Assembly: GCA_964354265.1 (NCBI GenBank)
Contig: CAYGYY010000001.1
Location: 1 to 58,865 of the forward strand
Reading direction: 5' to 3'
From: an uncultured Actinomycetota bacterium
GTDB lineage: Bacteria > Actinomycetota > Humimicrobiia > Humimicrobiales > Humimicrobiaceae
DNA length: 58,865 nt
The notes below the pieces were generated by a model. The model did not search any database. It saw only the letters and a program-made list of their open reading frames with translations, and was not told where the DNA came from. Positions 50,225-58,865 of the stretch are shown one piece after another (positions within the stretch are counted from its first letter, which is position 1; each line of letters starts with the position of its first letter). The position numbers and the translations under genes were made by a program.

Positions 50225-51058
50225 TTATCTTTTTAGCAACGTAAGTTTACGCAATGCTACAACCCCCATTATTTTTAACATATCGAATAAAATGAATGGC
50301 AATATCCCGAGTACAAATGCATTTATGAATACACTGCTTTCCTGGCTGAGCTTTCCTGCGGTATTATAAAGAAAGCCTGCAAGGTGAATATAGCCACACG
50401 CATATATTATAAAAAGGCTTATTAAGGCCGTTATAAAAACAGGGATTTCGCTATGGATATGCTGGCTGTACCGGGTATGCTGTGTTGCCTGGATATGCCC
50501 ACCTGTGGTCCTGTTGAAGTATTTGTACACTACTCCTGCAGCAATGCTGGACACTGCAAAGCCCAATATATAGCCTCCTGATGGTCCAGCAATGGCAGCA
50601 AAGCCGCTTTTAAAGCCTGCAAATAAAGGAACTCCTGCTATACCAAGGATAATATATTCTATCTGTGTGATAAAAGCCCATCCCGGACCAAGTGAAAACG
50701 CAGCAAATAAGACAGTAAATACCTGCAATGTAATAGGGACGGGAGTGAAGGGAAGATAAAAAAATGAATTGGCAGATAACCACATCAGAAGTACAAAAGT
50801 AAGTGATAAAGAAAAATTCACCAGATAGCCGTTAAAAATAATATTTTTTTTTGAAATTGTTGCCGGATATTTGGCTGCATAGCTCCCGGAATAATTATCC
50901 GGGGAAATCATGTAATTTTTAATAATACTGGAACCATATATATCTTCTATATTTATTTTCATATTTTTAATCCTTAAAAGATTTTCAACTTTTTTATATT
51001 GCAGAAATTTATGCCTGCAGTATGTAGAAAAGACGCTTACAGGGTCATAAAGTTTCAT
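50225..51058 (-). CDS. bioY: Biotin transporter BioY (N-terminally extended ORF; true start may be internal)
   Basis: 277 aa. VPITLQVF and GPSGGYILGF are BioY signatures. Possible internal starts at MKINIED or MISPDN. Confidence 0.8.
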   Translation of the reverse strand: MKLYDPVSVFSTYCRHKFLQYKKVENLLRIKNMKINIEDIYGSSIIKNYMISPDNYSGSYAAKYPATISKKNIIFNGYLVNFSLSLTFVLLMWLSANSFFYLPFTPVPITLQVFTVLFAAFSLGPGWAFITQIEYIILGIAGVPLFAGFKSGFAAIAGPSGGYILGFAVSSIAAGVVYKYFNRTTGGHIQATQHTRYSQHIHSEIPVFITALISLFIIYACGYIHLAGFLYNTAGKLSQESSVFINAFVLGILPFILFDMLKIMGVVALRKLTLLKR

Positions 51059-51129
51059 TAATAGATAGTTTGGAATATAGTCTTAATTATAGTATATAAT
51101 GTGTTTTAAAAGTATTTTTGGCAGGAATG

Positions 51130-51159
51130 TTGTCAAAAAATATGAAACTGCAATATTAT
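51130..51159 (+). promoter_or_regulatory. Possible promoter for the acyl-CoA dehydrogenase-etfBA operon
   Basis: TTGTCA (51130-51135), 18 nt, then TATTAT (51154-51159). Confidence 0.3.
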
Positions 51160-51215
51160 AAATGCGTCTTTTAATACAACTTAAAGATATTTAACTCTGA
51201 ATTTTGGAGGAAATT

Positions 51216-52370
51216 ATGCATTATTTTTTAACTGAAGAGCAGCAGATGATTGTTGATATCTGCAGGCAGATAGTGGAGGAGCGTATAATCCCTGTAAGGG
51301 CAGAATATGATGAAAAAGGGATCTTCCCTTCTGAGATTATTAAGGAAATAGGCCAGAGTGATCTTTTCAGGCTCTTCATTCCTGAAAATTATGGCGGAAT
51401 GGGCACTGGCATATTTGAAGTGTGCCTTGCGACTGAAGAATTAAGCCGAGGTGATTTGAGTGTCGCTACTTCTTATGCAGCAAGCGGACTGGGATTCATC
51501 CCGATAATTGTAATGGGTAATGAGGAGCAGAAACAGAAATATCTTCCTGACCTGGCAAGCGGACAGAAAATTGCAGCATTCGGTTTAACCGAACCTGAAG
51601 CGGGTAGTGATGCAAGCTCGCTTAGGACAAGAGCTGTAAAAGACGGGGAAAGTTATGTTTTAAACGGAACAAAACAATGGATCACAAACGGTGGAGAAGC
51701 GGATATTTATACGATTTTTGCAGCAACTGACCCTTCCAGGGGCGCAAGAGGAATAAGTGCGTTTATTGTTGAAAAAGGGACAAAAGGTTTTGAGTTTGGC
51801 AAAAAGGAAAACAAGCTTGGCATAAGGGCCTCTGCAACGAGGGAGCTTATTTTTATAGATTGCAGGGTGCCGCGTGAGAATATCCTGGGAAGCGAGGGAA
51901 TGGGTTTTGTAACGGCGATGCGGACATTCGACCAATCCCGGCCAGCTGTAGGAGCCCAGGCCGTAGGAGTAGCGCAGGCAGCGCTGGAAGAAGCAATAAA
52001 CTATTCTAAAATAAGACACCAGTTCGGGCAGCCTATCTCGGCATTCCAGGGAATCCAGCACATGCTTGCAGATATGGCAACGCAGGTTGAGGCTGCAAGG
52101 GCACTTGTATATCATGCAGCAAAAGTTATAGACAGTGGTGAGAAGAACATCTCTAAACTTTCGGCAATGTCCAAGCTATATGCTTCAGATGTTGCGATGA
52201 AGGTCACCACAGATGCTGTCCAGATTCTTGGAGGATACGGTTATATGAAAGAGTACCCTGTTGAAAAGATGATGAGGGATGCAAAAATAACACAGATATA
52301 TGAAGGAACAAACCAGATTCAAAGAAATATAATTGCTCTGGATCTTATTAAACGTGGAGCGGGGTGGTAA
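51216..52370 (+). CDS. Acyl-CoA dehydrogenase (short-chain/butyryl-CoA type)
   Basis: ATG at 51216, 5 nt after GGAGG (the track's TTG 51204 lies inside the SD). GLTEPEAGSD, QILGGYGY and IYEGTNQIQ. Confidence 0.9.
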   Translation: MHYFLTEEQQMIVDICRQIVEERIIPVRAEYDEKGIFPSEIIKEIGQSDLFRLFIPENYGGMGTGIFEVCLATEELSRGDLSVATSYAASGLGFIPIIVMGNEEQKQKYLPDLASGQKIAAFGLTEPEAGSDASSLRTRAVKDGESYVLNGTKQWITNGGEADIYTIFAATDPSRGARGISAFIVEKGTKGFEFGKKENKLGIRASATRELIFIDCRVPRENILGSEGMGFVTAMRTFDQSRPAVGAQAVGVAQAALEEAINYSKIRHQFGQPISAFQGIQHMLADMATQVEAARALVYHAAKVIDSGEKNISKLSAMSKLYASDVAMKVTTDAVQILGGYGYMKEYPVEKMMRDAKITQIYEGTNQIQRNIIALDLIKRGAGW

Positions 52371-53182
52371 AGATTAAGATAATAATATGCATAAAACAGG
52401 TTCCGGGGACAACTGAAATAAGGATAAACCCTGAGACCAATACGCTGATAAGGGAAGGTGTAGAGACAGTCATAAACCCTTTTGACACTTATGCTATAGA
52501 GGAAGGCATAAGATTAAAGGAAAGGCTGTGTCAGGGCCCGGAAATAAAGGAAGAAATAGAAGTCATAGCTATCACAATGGGGCCGCATCAATCCGAATCT
52601 ATCTTACGGGAAGCTATTTCGCTCGGGGCTGATAAAGCAATACTGCTTTCAGACAGGGCTTTTGCAGGTGCGGATACATGGGCCACTGCCCTTACACTTC
52701 AAAATGCCATAAAAAAAATAGAGGACTGGCGGCTAATAATACTTGGTAAGCAGACTCTTGATGGCGATACTGGCCAGGTGGGGCCGGAACTTGCACAGAT
52801 GATGCATATACCTTTCATTGGATATGCAAGCAGCATAGTTGAGATAAACAGGAATAAAATAACGGTTAAAAGACTTATGGAAGACAGGTACGAGACAATA
52901 GAGGTAAGGCTTCCTGCTGCAATTTCGGTGGGCAAGGACATAAATATACCCAGGGTGCCTTCGCTCCGCGGAAAACTGAAAGCAAAAAATGAGCAGATAC
53001 CTGTATGGGGCAAGAATGAGCTTGCTCTTGAAGATGAGACCATAGGTCTTTCAGGTTCTTATACCCAGGTAATAAAAATATTCACACCCAGGCATCATTA
53101 CGAGGTAAAAATGCTTGAAGGTACCCCTGATGAACAGGTAGATGAGCTCTACAATAAATTCAAAGAGTTAAATATTCTTTAG
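52364..53182 (+). CDS. etfB: Electron transfer flavoprotein beta subunit
   Basis: 272 aa. GTG start overlapping the upstream stop. CIKQVP, NPFD and GKQTLDGDTGQVGP. Confidence 0.9.
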   Translation: MVKIKIIICIKQVPGTTEIRINPETNTLIREGVETVINPFDTYAIEEGIRLKERLCQGPEIKEEIEVIAITMGPHQSESILREAISLGADKAILLSDRAFAGADTWATALTLQNAIKKIEDWRLIILGKQTLDGDTGQVGPELAQMMHIPFIGYASSIVEINRNKITVKRLMEDRYETIEVRLPAAISVGKDINIPRVPSLRGKLKAKNEQIPVWGKNELALEDETIGLSGSYTQVIKIFTPRHHYEVKMLEGTPDEQVDELYNKFKELNIL

Positions 53183-53237
53183 AATAACAAAATTAAGTAT
53201 GTTACATATATATATTAAGTAAAGGAAATGGTAAGAA

Positions 53238-54443
53238 TTGGAAATCATAGTTGATGAAATAACATGTACCGGATGCACTTTATGCAGGAATGTATGCATG
53301 TATGATGCAATAGAGATAATTGATAAAAAAGCTAAAATAAATGAGAACTGCATATTCTGCGGCGCCTGCATTGAAACATGCAAATATGATTCGATAGAGA
53401 TTACTGGCCTTATCGAGTCCCATAAGGATTTATCGCATTACAAAGGGGTCATGGTATTCATAGAGCAGCATACGGGAAGCATCGCAGATGTTAGCTATGA
53501 ATTGCTTAGTGAGGGCAGAAAGCTTGCAGACGGGCTTAAAACCATGTTATCAGGAATATTTGTTGGCAGCAATCTAAGTGACGATGCTAAAAAAAGTGTA
53601 TTCAGGTATGGCGCTGATATGCTATATGTAATTGACGATGTTGTCTTTGAACATAATATCGATGATATTTTTTCAAAAGCGCTTGTACAGGTCATTCATA
53701 AATATAAGCCTGATATCTTTCTTGCCGGCGCAACTAGCTTTGGCAGAAGCCTTATCCCTAAGGTTGCAGCAATAATTAAAACCGGACTTACAGCTGATTG
53801 CACTGCCTTAGCAATAGATGAAGAAAAAAAGATACTGCTCCAGACCCGCCCTACATTTGGCGGCAATATTCTTGCTACTATAATAACAAGAAATGCAAAA
53901 CCGCAGATGGCGACGGTACGTCCGCATGTTATGGAAAAGGTAGGGTCCTATACTGATAAGGGATATGAAAATAAAATAGAATTTATTAATCTTGATACCG
54001 GGAATTTCAAGTCAAGGTATAAACTTTTATCGGTTGAAACGGAGACAGGCCAGAGCATAAACCTGACAGACTATGATGTTATTGTGTCCGGGGGAAGGGG
54101 AATTGGCGGTCCTGATAGTTTTTCTCTTTTAAAAGAGCTCGCAGACCTTCTGGGTGGAGTAGTGGGTGCCTCCAGGGCTGCTGTAGACTCGAACTGGATC
54201 TCTTATCCTCACCAGGTCGGTCAGACAGGCAAAACAGTCAATCCCAAGATATATATAGCTTGCGGGATATCAGGGGCTATACAACACCTTGCTGGCATGC
54301 AGACCTCAGATATGATAATTGCAATAAATAGAGACCCGGATGCGCCTATATTCAGGATTGCAAATTTTGGCATTGTCGGTGATTTATTTGAGGTTGTCCC
54401 TAAGCTTATAAAACGAATAAAAAGCAGCAAGAATATTTCCTGA
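53238..54443 (+). CDS. etfA: Electron transfer flavoprotein alpha subunit with N-terminal 2x[4Fe-4S] ferredoxin domain
   Basis: 401 aa with a TTG start. Two CxxCxxCxxxC motifs, then the EtfA core (VSGGRG, ASRAAVD, QVGQTGK, GISGAIQH). Confidence 0.9.
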   Translation: MEIIVDEITCTGCTLCRNVCMYDAIEIIDKKAKINENCIFCGACIETCKYDSIEITGLIESHKDLSHYKGVMVFIEQHTGSIADVSYELLSEGRKLADGLKTMLSGIFVGSNLSDDAKKSVFRYGADMLYVIDDVVFEHNIDDIFSKALVQVIHKYKPDIFLAGATSFGRSLIPKVAAIIKTGLTADCTALAIDEEKKILLQTRPTFGGNILATIITRNAKPQMATVRPHVMEKVGSYTDKGYENKIEFINLDTGNFKSRYKLLSVETETGQSINLTDYDVIVSGGRGIGGPDSFSLLKELADLLGGVVGASRAAVDSNWISYPHQVGQTGKTVNPKIYIACGISGAIQHLAGMQTSDMIIAINRDPDAPIFRIANFGIVGDLFEVVPKLIKRIKSSKNIS

Positions 54444-54486
54444 CACAGAGCTAAAAAAGTAATTCATGCTTCACTATGCAACAGAT

Positions 54487-54523
54487 TTATATCGATTATA
54501 TCGGCACAGAATAATTATATCGA
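54487..54523. repeat. Three copies of the 9-mer TTATATCGR in the aminotransferase upstream region
   Basis: TTATATCGA at 54487-54495, TTATATCGG at 54496-54504 and TTATATCGA at 54515-54523. Confidence 0.5.
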
Positions 54524-54690
54524 AAATACAAATAATATCTAAGATCTGAAACCACCGGGTTAAAGACGCATGGCAATATGGTAATTTAATAAAATTCCAG
54601 CCATTTTTATTAAATAAGCGGCAAAACTAAGCTACAATTATAACGTAATAATTACATGTATTTTAAAAACTTCAAACATAGGAGGAATAT

Positions 54691-55941
54691 ATGCATGAAC
54701 CCGGAATCAATGATTTAAAAAATAAAGGCATAAGATTTTCTGGAAGGGTTTTAAATGTTGAAGAAAGCCCCACGTTTGCCCTGGAGAAAAAGGCCGATGA
54801 ACTTGATAGTATACTTAAAAAAGAAGGCAGGAGTGTTATTCGCTTTGGGATAGGCCAGCCTGATTTTGATACCCCTGAGAACATAAAAAGCGCTGCAAAA
54901 CTCTCTATTGACCAGAATAAGACAAGATATACTGCAAGTACAGGAATAAAGGAGTTAAAAGAGGCCATATTAAAAAAGTTTGAAAGAGATAACGGATTAA
55001 GCTATGAGCTAAGTGAAATACTTGTTGGTAACGGTGCAAAACAGGTACTTGATGATATTATGAGGGTTTTTATTAATCGCGGCGATAGAGTAATAATACC
55101 AAAACCTTTCTGGGTAAGTTACAGCCAGCAGGTCATTTTATCAGAAGGGATCCCTGAGTTTGTGAACTTTAAGGATAGCCTGAGTATAGATGTCGGGCAT
55201 TTTTCTGAAATTGCGGATAAATATGGAAGTGCGGCTGGTGATGGTACAGCAAAACTCTTTATATTGAACAGTCCAAGCAACCCAACAGGGGTAGTTTGCA
55301 GGAAAAATGAGATTGAAAAAATAGGGGAAATATGCCTTAAAAATGGTATCTTTATCATTTCAGATGAAGTCTATGAGAAATTCCTCTATGGCGACGCAAA
55401 GCATTACAGTATTGCAGCTTTAAGCACGGACCTGAAAGCTAAAACTATTTCAATCAATGCAGTATCAAAGACCTATGCAATGACAGGCTGGAGGATAGGT
55501 TATTGTGCTGCTGACAGGGAAATAATTAAACAAATGACAAAAGTACAGGATCAGTCAACTTCAAATCCATGCACACCTGCTCAATGGGCTGCAATTGAAG
55601 CACTTGATGGAAATCAGGCCTCAGTTGAATTGATGAGAAAAGAATATGAAAAAAGACGGGATTATATTTATAAAAGGCTTGCTGCAATAAAAGGTATGGA
55701 ATGCGTGTTGCCGGAAGGCGCCTTTTATGTGTTTCCAAAAGTAAGCAGTTTCTTCGATGATAAAATTAAGGGCTCTTTTGATTTTGCAGGTGAACTTTTA
55801 TTAAAGGCAGCAGTCGCTGTTGTGCCAGGGGGAGCATTTGGCGACAATGATTATATCAGGATAAGCTATGCAACATCGCTTGAAAAAATCAAAGAAGGCA
55901 TGGACAGGATTGAAGATTTCTGCGCTAAATTACCGGGATAA
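54691..55941 (+). CDS. Class I PLP-dependent aminotransferase (aspartate aminotransferase-like)
   Basis: 416 aa with an AGGAGG SD. NSPSNPTG, and SKTYAMTGWRIGY carrying the PLP lysine. Confidence 0.9.
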   Translation: MHEPGINDLKNKGIRFSGRVLNVEESPTFALEKKADELDSILKKEGRSVIRFGIGQPDFDTPENIKSAAKLSIDQNKTRYTASTGIKELKEAILKKFERDNGLSYELSEILVGNGAKQVLDDIMRVFINRGDRVIIPKPFWVSYSQQVILSEGIPEFVNFKDSLSIDVGHFSEIADKYGSAAGDGTAKLFILNSPSNPTGVVCRKNEIEKIGEICLKNGIFIISDEVYEKFLYGDAKHYSIAALSTDLKAKTISINAVSKTYAMTGWRIGYCAADREIIKQMTKVQDQSTSNPCTPAQWAAIEALDGNQASVELMRKEYEKRRDYIYKRLAAIKGMECVLPEGAFYVFPKVSSFFDDKIKGSFDFAGELLLKAAVAVVPGGAFGDNDYIRISYATSLEKIKEGMDRIEDFCAKLPG

Positions 55942-56081
55942 GTTTTCTTGAATATTAAGTATTCCAGAATAATAGATTTGGAAGATAATATAGATTAAAA
56001 ATAAAATAAATTTTTTGGCATAAATTAAATTTTACAAACATGATTTTTTGAAAGTTATTAATTAAATAAGAAAGAAAAATA

Positions 56082-56780
56082 ATGAAGAAAAAAAACCCCT
56101 ATAAACATGAAGACCGGGAATTGCTCCAGGCATCAGGACAGGCTAAAGATGACTTTGTTCACACCGACCCCTGGAGGGTTCTGCGTATCCAGAGCGAGTT
56201 TGTCGATGGTTTTGATGCTCTCGCAGGCATTGGCCCGTGTATTACTTTTTTTGGCTCAGCCAGGATAAAACCGGAAAGCAAATATTACAAAGCTGCAGAA
56301 ATGACTTCAGCCCTGCTTGCCAAAAAAGGATTTGGCATAATAACTGGCGGCGGACCCGGAATAATGGAAGCTGCTAATAAAGGCGCTTTCCAGGCGGGCG
56401 GGCTTTCAATCGGTTGTAAAATAGCCCTTCCATTTGAAGAACAAACTAATATTTACCAGAATATATCACTTGAATTCCGGTATTTTTTTGTAAGAAAGAC
56501 CATATTTGTAAAATATTCCGTGGGCTACATTATTTTTCCGGGCGGATTCGGCACGCTCGATGAGTTTTTTGAAGCGCTAACCCTGGTGCAAACTGGCAAA
56601 ATCGAGCATTTTCCAATTGCTCTTTACGGCAGCGAATACTGGAAAGGATTATATAGCTGGATAAATGAATGCCTTCTGGAGAAACATTGCACTATCAATC
56701 CTGAGGACAGCAATCTTTACAGGATAGTAGACAATCCGGATGAAGCGGTTGGTTTTGTGACAAAGGTTTTATGTCCATAG
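56082..56780 (+). CDS. LOG family / TIGR00730 Rossmann-fold nucleotide-binding protein
   Basis: 232 aa. GGGPGIMEAANKGA and PGGFGTLDEFFE. Confidence 0.85.
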   Translation: MKKKNPYKHEDRELLQASGQAKDDFVHTDPWRVLRIQSEFVDGFDALAGIGPCITFFGSARIKPESKYYKAAEMTSALLAKKGFGIITGGGPGIMEAANKGAFQAGGLSIGCKIALPFEEQTNIYQNISLEFRYFFVRKTIFVKYSVGYIIFPGGFGTLDEFFEALTLVQTGKIEHFPIALYGSEYWKGLYSWINECLLEKHCTINPEDSNLYRIVDNPDEAVGFVTKVLCP

Positions 56781-56806
56781 GGCGCCTAATCTTTCTGGGT
56801 TCTTAT

Positions 56807-57003
56807 ATTTTGAGTCTTTCGAGTGCAACATATAGTAAAATGCTCCAAAATCTTATTTGGGCAATTGGTTACAATATTTTTGCTATCCCTTTGCTGCAGT
56901 TCTCTTATATCCACCAGGCATATTATTGAGTCCCTTGGTTGGTGCTGTTTTAATGTCTCTGAGTAATATAATTGTCGTTATAAATGCAAGATTACTAAAC
57001 TAA
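56807..57003 (+). pseudogene. 3' remnant of a heavy-metal P1B-type ATPase gene, frameshifted
   Basis: Frame A (56807-56893) gives ILSLSSATYSKMLQNLIWAIGYNIFAIPL. After an apparent 1 nt loss, frame B (56893-57003) gives AAVLLYPPGILLSPLVGAVLMSLSNIIVVINARLLN*. Together these match only the last two TM helices of CopA-type pumps. Confidence 0.65.
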
Positions 57004-57087
57004 AAGTTAAATAGAGCCCCGGGTAATGAAATATTGGCGCATTTGAACCGGTATGTTTATAAGTATTAATGTCTTAGAATGATTTAC

Positions 57088-57762
57088 TTAATTTTCTATT
57101 TCATAAAAAACATAGGTCTTTGCCGGGTTATTGACTGCATCAAAAAGCACCTCATAACTGTCGTCTGGCTCTTTATCGCTTTCCGGCGCAACGCTTGGAT
57201 TAGAAGGATAAGTTGTGCCGTCAAAGACCAGGTCCCTGTTTGTGCCCTCGCTATAGACTAAAAGGTCTCTCCATCCGTTTGTCTTTTCTTGTGAAACATA
57301 TAAAGGAGGCTCAATAACTGTAAATTTTGTAATTAATTCAGCATACCTGTCAAGGAGCAACATTGTGCAGCCGCCGCTCCCGCAGAAATACGGAGATGCC
57401 AGGAGAACAAAGTATTCGTCCTGTCCATCTTCATTTAAGTCTATCATGTAAAACTGAAACTTCTTGTCCTCTTCTGTCATAAACTCCAGATCGTCTTTTA
57501 AATAAGATTGTGTCAGGAAATTTGATATGTTTTTCCACATAAGATCATCTACAGACTGGGGAGCATAGTTGTTATCGCCTTCGGCAGATGTAGTCTCAGC
57601 AACTGTTGTCTCTGCAGTAGTTGTCTCTGTTGCGGTGGTTTCCGTAACAGTTGTTTCATCTGCAACTGTCTCTTCTGCAGGTACGCTTTTACATGCAATT
57701 CCAAGCAGCGGCATTGAAGCTATTATTACTATAGCCAATATAAGCAGTAATGCTTTTTTCAT
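57088..57762 (-). CDS. Hypothetical lipoprotein with Thr/Glu-rich linker
   Basis: 224 aa. Signal peptide with a lipobox-like LLGIAC, a linker of ETT(V/A)xE-type repeats, and a globular domain with a CGSGGC motif. Confidence 0.75.
   Translation of the reverse strand: MKKALLLILAIVIIASMPLLGIACKSVPAEETVADETTVTETTATETTTAETTVAETTSAEGDNNYAPQSVDDLMWKNISNFLTQSYLKDDLEFMTEEDKKFQFYMIDLNEDGQDEYFVLLASPYFCGSGGCTMLLLDRYAELITKFTVIEPPLYVSQEKTNGWRDLLVYSEGTNRDLVFDGTTYPSNPSVAPESDKEPDDSYEVLFDAVNNPAKTYVFYEIEN
57583..57678 (-). repeat. Imperfect tandem codon repeats encoding the T/E-rich linker
   Basis: Encodes EETVADETTVTETTATETTTAETTVAETTSAE. The DNA shows reiterated GTTGTCTC and GTGGTTTC units. Confidence 0.5.
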
Positions 57763-57786
57763 TATTTTTCTCCCTTGAAATAAATC

Positions 57787-58865
57787 TTACTGTCTTGCCA
57801 TAACTGCTCGCATTTCTGCTTCAGTATCTTTTATCATTTCACCACTTACATCAATAACCACACTAAATATTCTGCCAGTAAAATTAAACGGCGGTTCATA
57901 CTCAGGAGTGACAGATGAACCCGGATCCGATCCACAGGTAACGCCGCCGGTCAGGCCCAGCATTATTGGGGTTGTCACAGGTATCTCAATTTGTCCAACT
58001 AATTTTCCATCAATATAAAGTTGCCCCCTGCCAGGAGCACCTTTTCCTTTAAGGATATCAGGCCGGCCTGTAACCTCAAACTCATAACGCAGTTGATGGC
58101 GGCCTTCTGCAACTGAGTCAATTGATTCAACATGAAAATAAGTCTTTGCAGCATAACTATGAATATAATGGAGCTTCCCAGCCTTCATAAAGAAAGTGTA
58201 TCCTCCATCATTTCCCCCATGTGAGAGAAGAACTCCAGCAGCACCTCCAGCAGTAATCTCTACGTCAGCTGTAATACTGTGAGATCTATTTAAAACTCTT
58301 GCTGTAACAAATGTAGGGACTGACTGTGTTCCGGGATAATATATATACTTGTTACGTTCTGCTGCAATTAAGGGACGTTCATCGCCAAATCTCTGTGCAC
58401 CCCTCCCGTCAATTGGTAAAACATTATATTTGCCTGCTTCAACATACCATGTTGCTATCATTTCTATTAATTTAACCCGCTCTGTTTCAGCAAGATTATG
58501 ATTTTCAGCAAAATCATTCTCTAAATTATACAGTTCCCAGTGGTTAGCATCCAGTTCTACAAGCTTTTCTGAAGGAATTGGCATACCAAATCCCTGACCT
58601 GCTTCAGTAAATGAAGGCCCCGGCCACGGGCATACTGCTTTCCACCCTTTATGATAAATCGAGCGATGTCCCATCATTTCAAAATACTGGGTATGGTGGT
58701 TGCCTGCAGCTTTTTTATCCTCAAATGTATGAGCAAAACTAACACCTTCTATCGGCGATTGGGTAACGCCCCTGATAGTTTCTGGTGGTTCAATGCCAAG
58801 AGCTTCCAAAATAGTTGGGACTATATCTATTGCATGAGCATATTGGTCTCTTATTTCTCCTTTTG
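57787..58865 (-). CDS. Arylsulfatase family protein, C-terminal part (5' end beyond window)
   Basis: The frame stays open to the window edge (KGEIRDQYAHAIDIVPTILEALGIEPPE...), which is the typical sulfatase region after the catalytic domain. A C-terminal beta-rich domain follows. Confidence 0.85.
   Translation of the reverse strand, partial: KGEIRDQYAHAIDIVPTILEALGIEPPETIRGVTQSPIEGVSFAHTFEDKKAAGNHHTQYFEMMGHRSIYHKGWKAVCPWPGPSFTEAGQGFGMPIPSEKLVELDANHWELYNLENDFAENHNLAETERVKLIEMIATWYVEAGKYNVLPIDGRGAQRFGDERPLIAAERNKYIYYPGTQSVPTFVTARVLNRSHSITADVEITAGGAAGVLLSHGGNDGGYTFFMKAGKLHYIHSYAAKTYFHVESIDSVAEGRHQLRYEFEVTGRPDILKGKGAPGRGQLYIDGKLVGQIEIPVTTPIMLGLTGGVTCGSDPGSSVTPEYEPPFNFTGRIFSVVIDVSGEMIKDTEAEMRAVMARQ

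Overview
Low-GC (roughly mid-30s %, judged by eye) bacterial chromosome segment, densely coding and mostly housekeeping. I found no rRNA, tRNA, CRISPR array, transposase or integrase. The core (about 24.5-45.2 kb) follows the classic Bacillota-type order: rpsF-ssb-rpsR-yybS-rplI-dnaB-purA, then mcsA-mcsB-clpC-disA-ispD-ispF-cysE-cysS-rlmB-yacP. Several usual members (gdpP, ctsR, radA, gltX, mrnC, sigH) are missing, which suggests a Bacillota-related or deep-branching anaerobe. Flanking modules: (i) a lipid or glycolipid-type accessory cluster at 1-7.4 kb, holding a CrtO-like acyltransferase, a CrtQ-like GT2, two paralogous alpha/beta hydrolases, two SDR epimerases, a DUF362 protein and a toroid-repeat protein; (ii) an ABC-2 exporter, pabABC, a nitroreductase, a DHH-CBS-CCA fusion and argJ; (iii) a 2-hydroxyacyl-CoA dehydratase-like operon with its activase; (iv) purD, purE, an orphan pstB, greA and lysS; (v) a bioY / PycB-like / accC biotin module followed by a MetV-like Cys-rich protein; (vi) acyl-CoA dehydrogenase-etfBA, an aminotransferase, a LOG protein, a P-type ATPase gene remnant, a lipoprotein and a partial arylsulfatase. 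No clear novel multi-gene system stands out. The most unusual points are a PycB-like carboxyltransferase-BCCP protein lacking canonical catalytic residues, an rlmB N-terminal domain with no canonical start codon (a CTGA overlap with the cysS stop), and the uncharacterised left-hand cluster. All functional calls come from motif recognition by eye, not from database searches.
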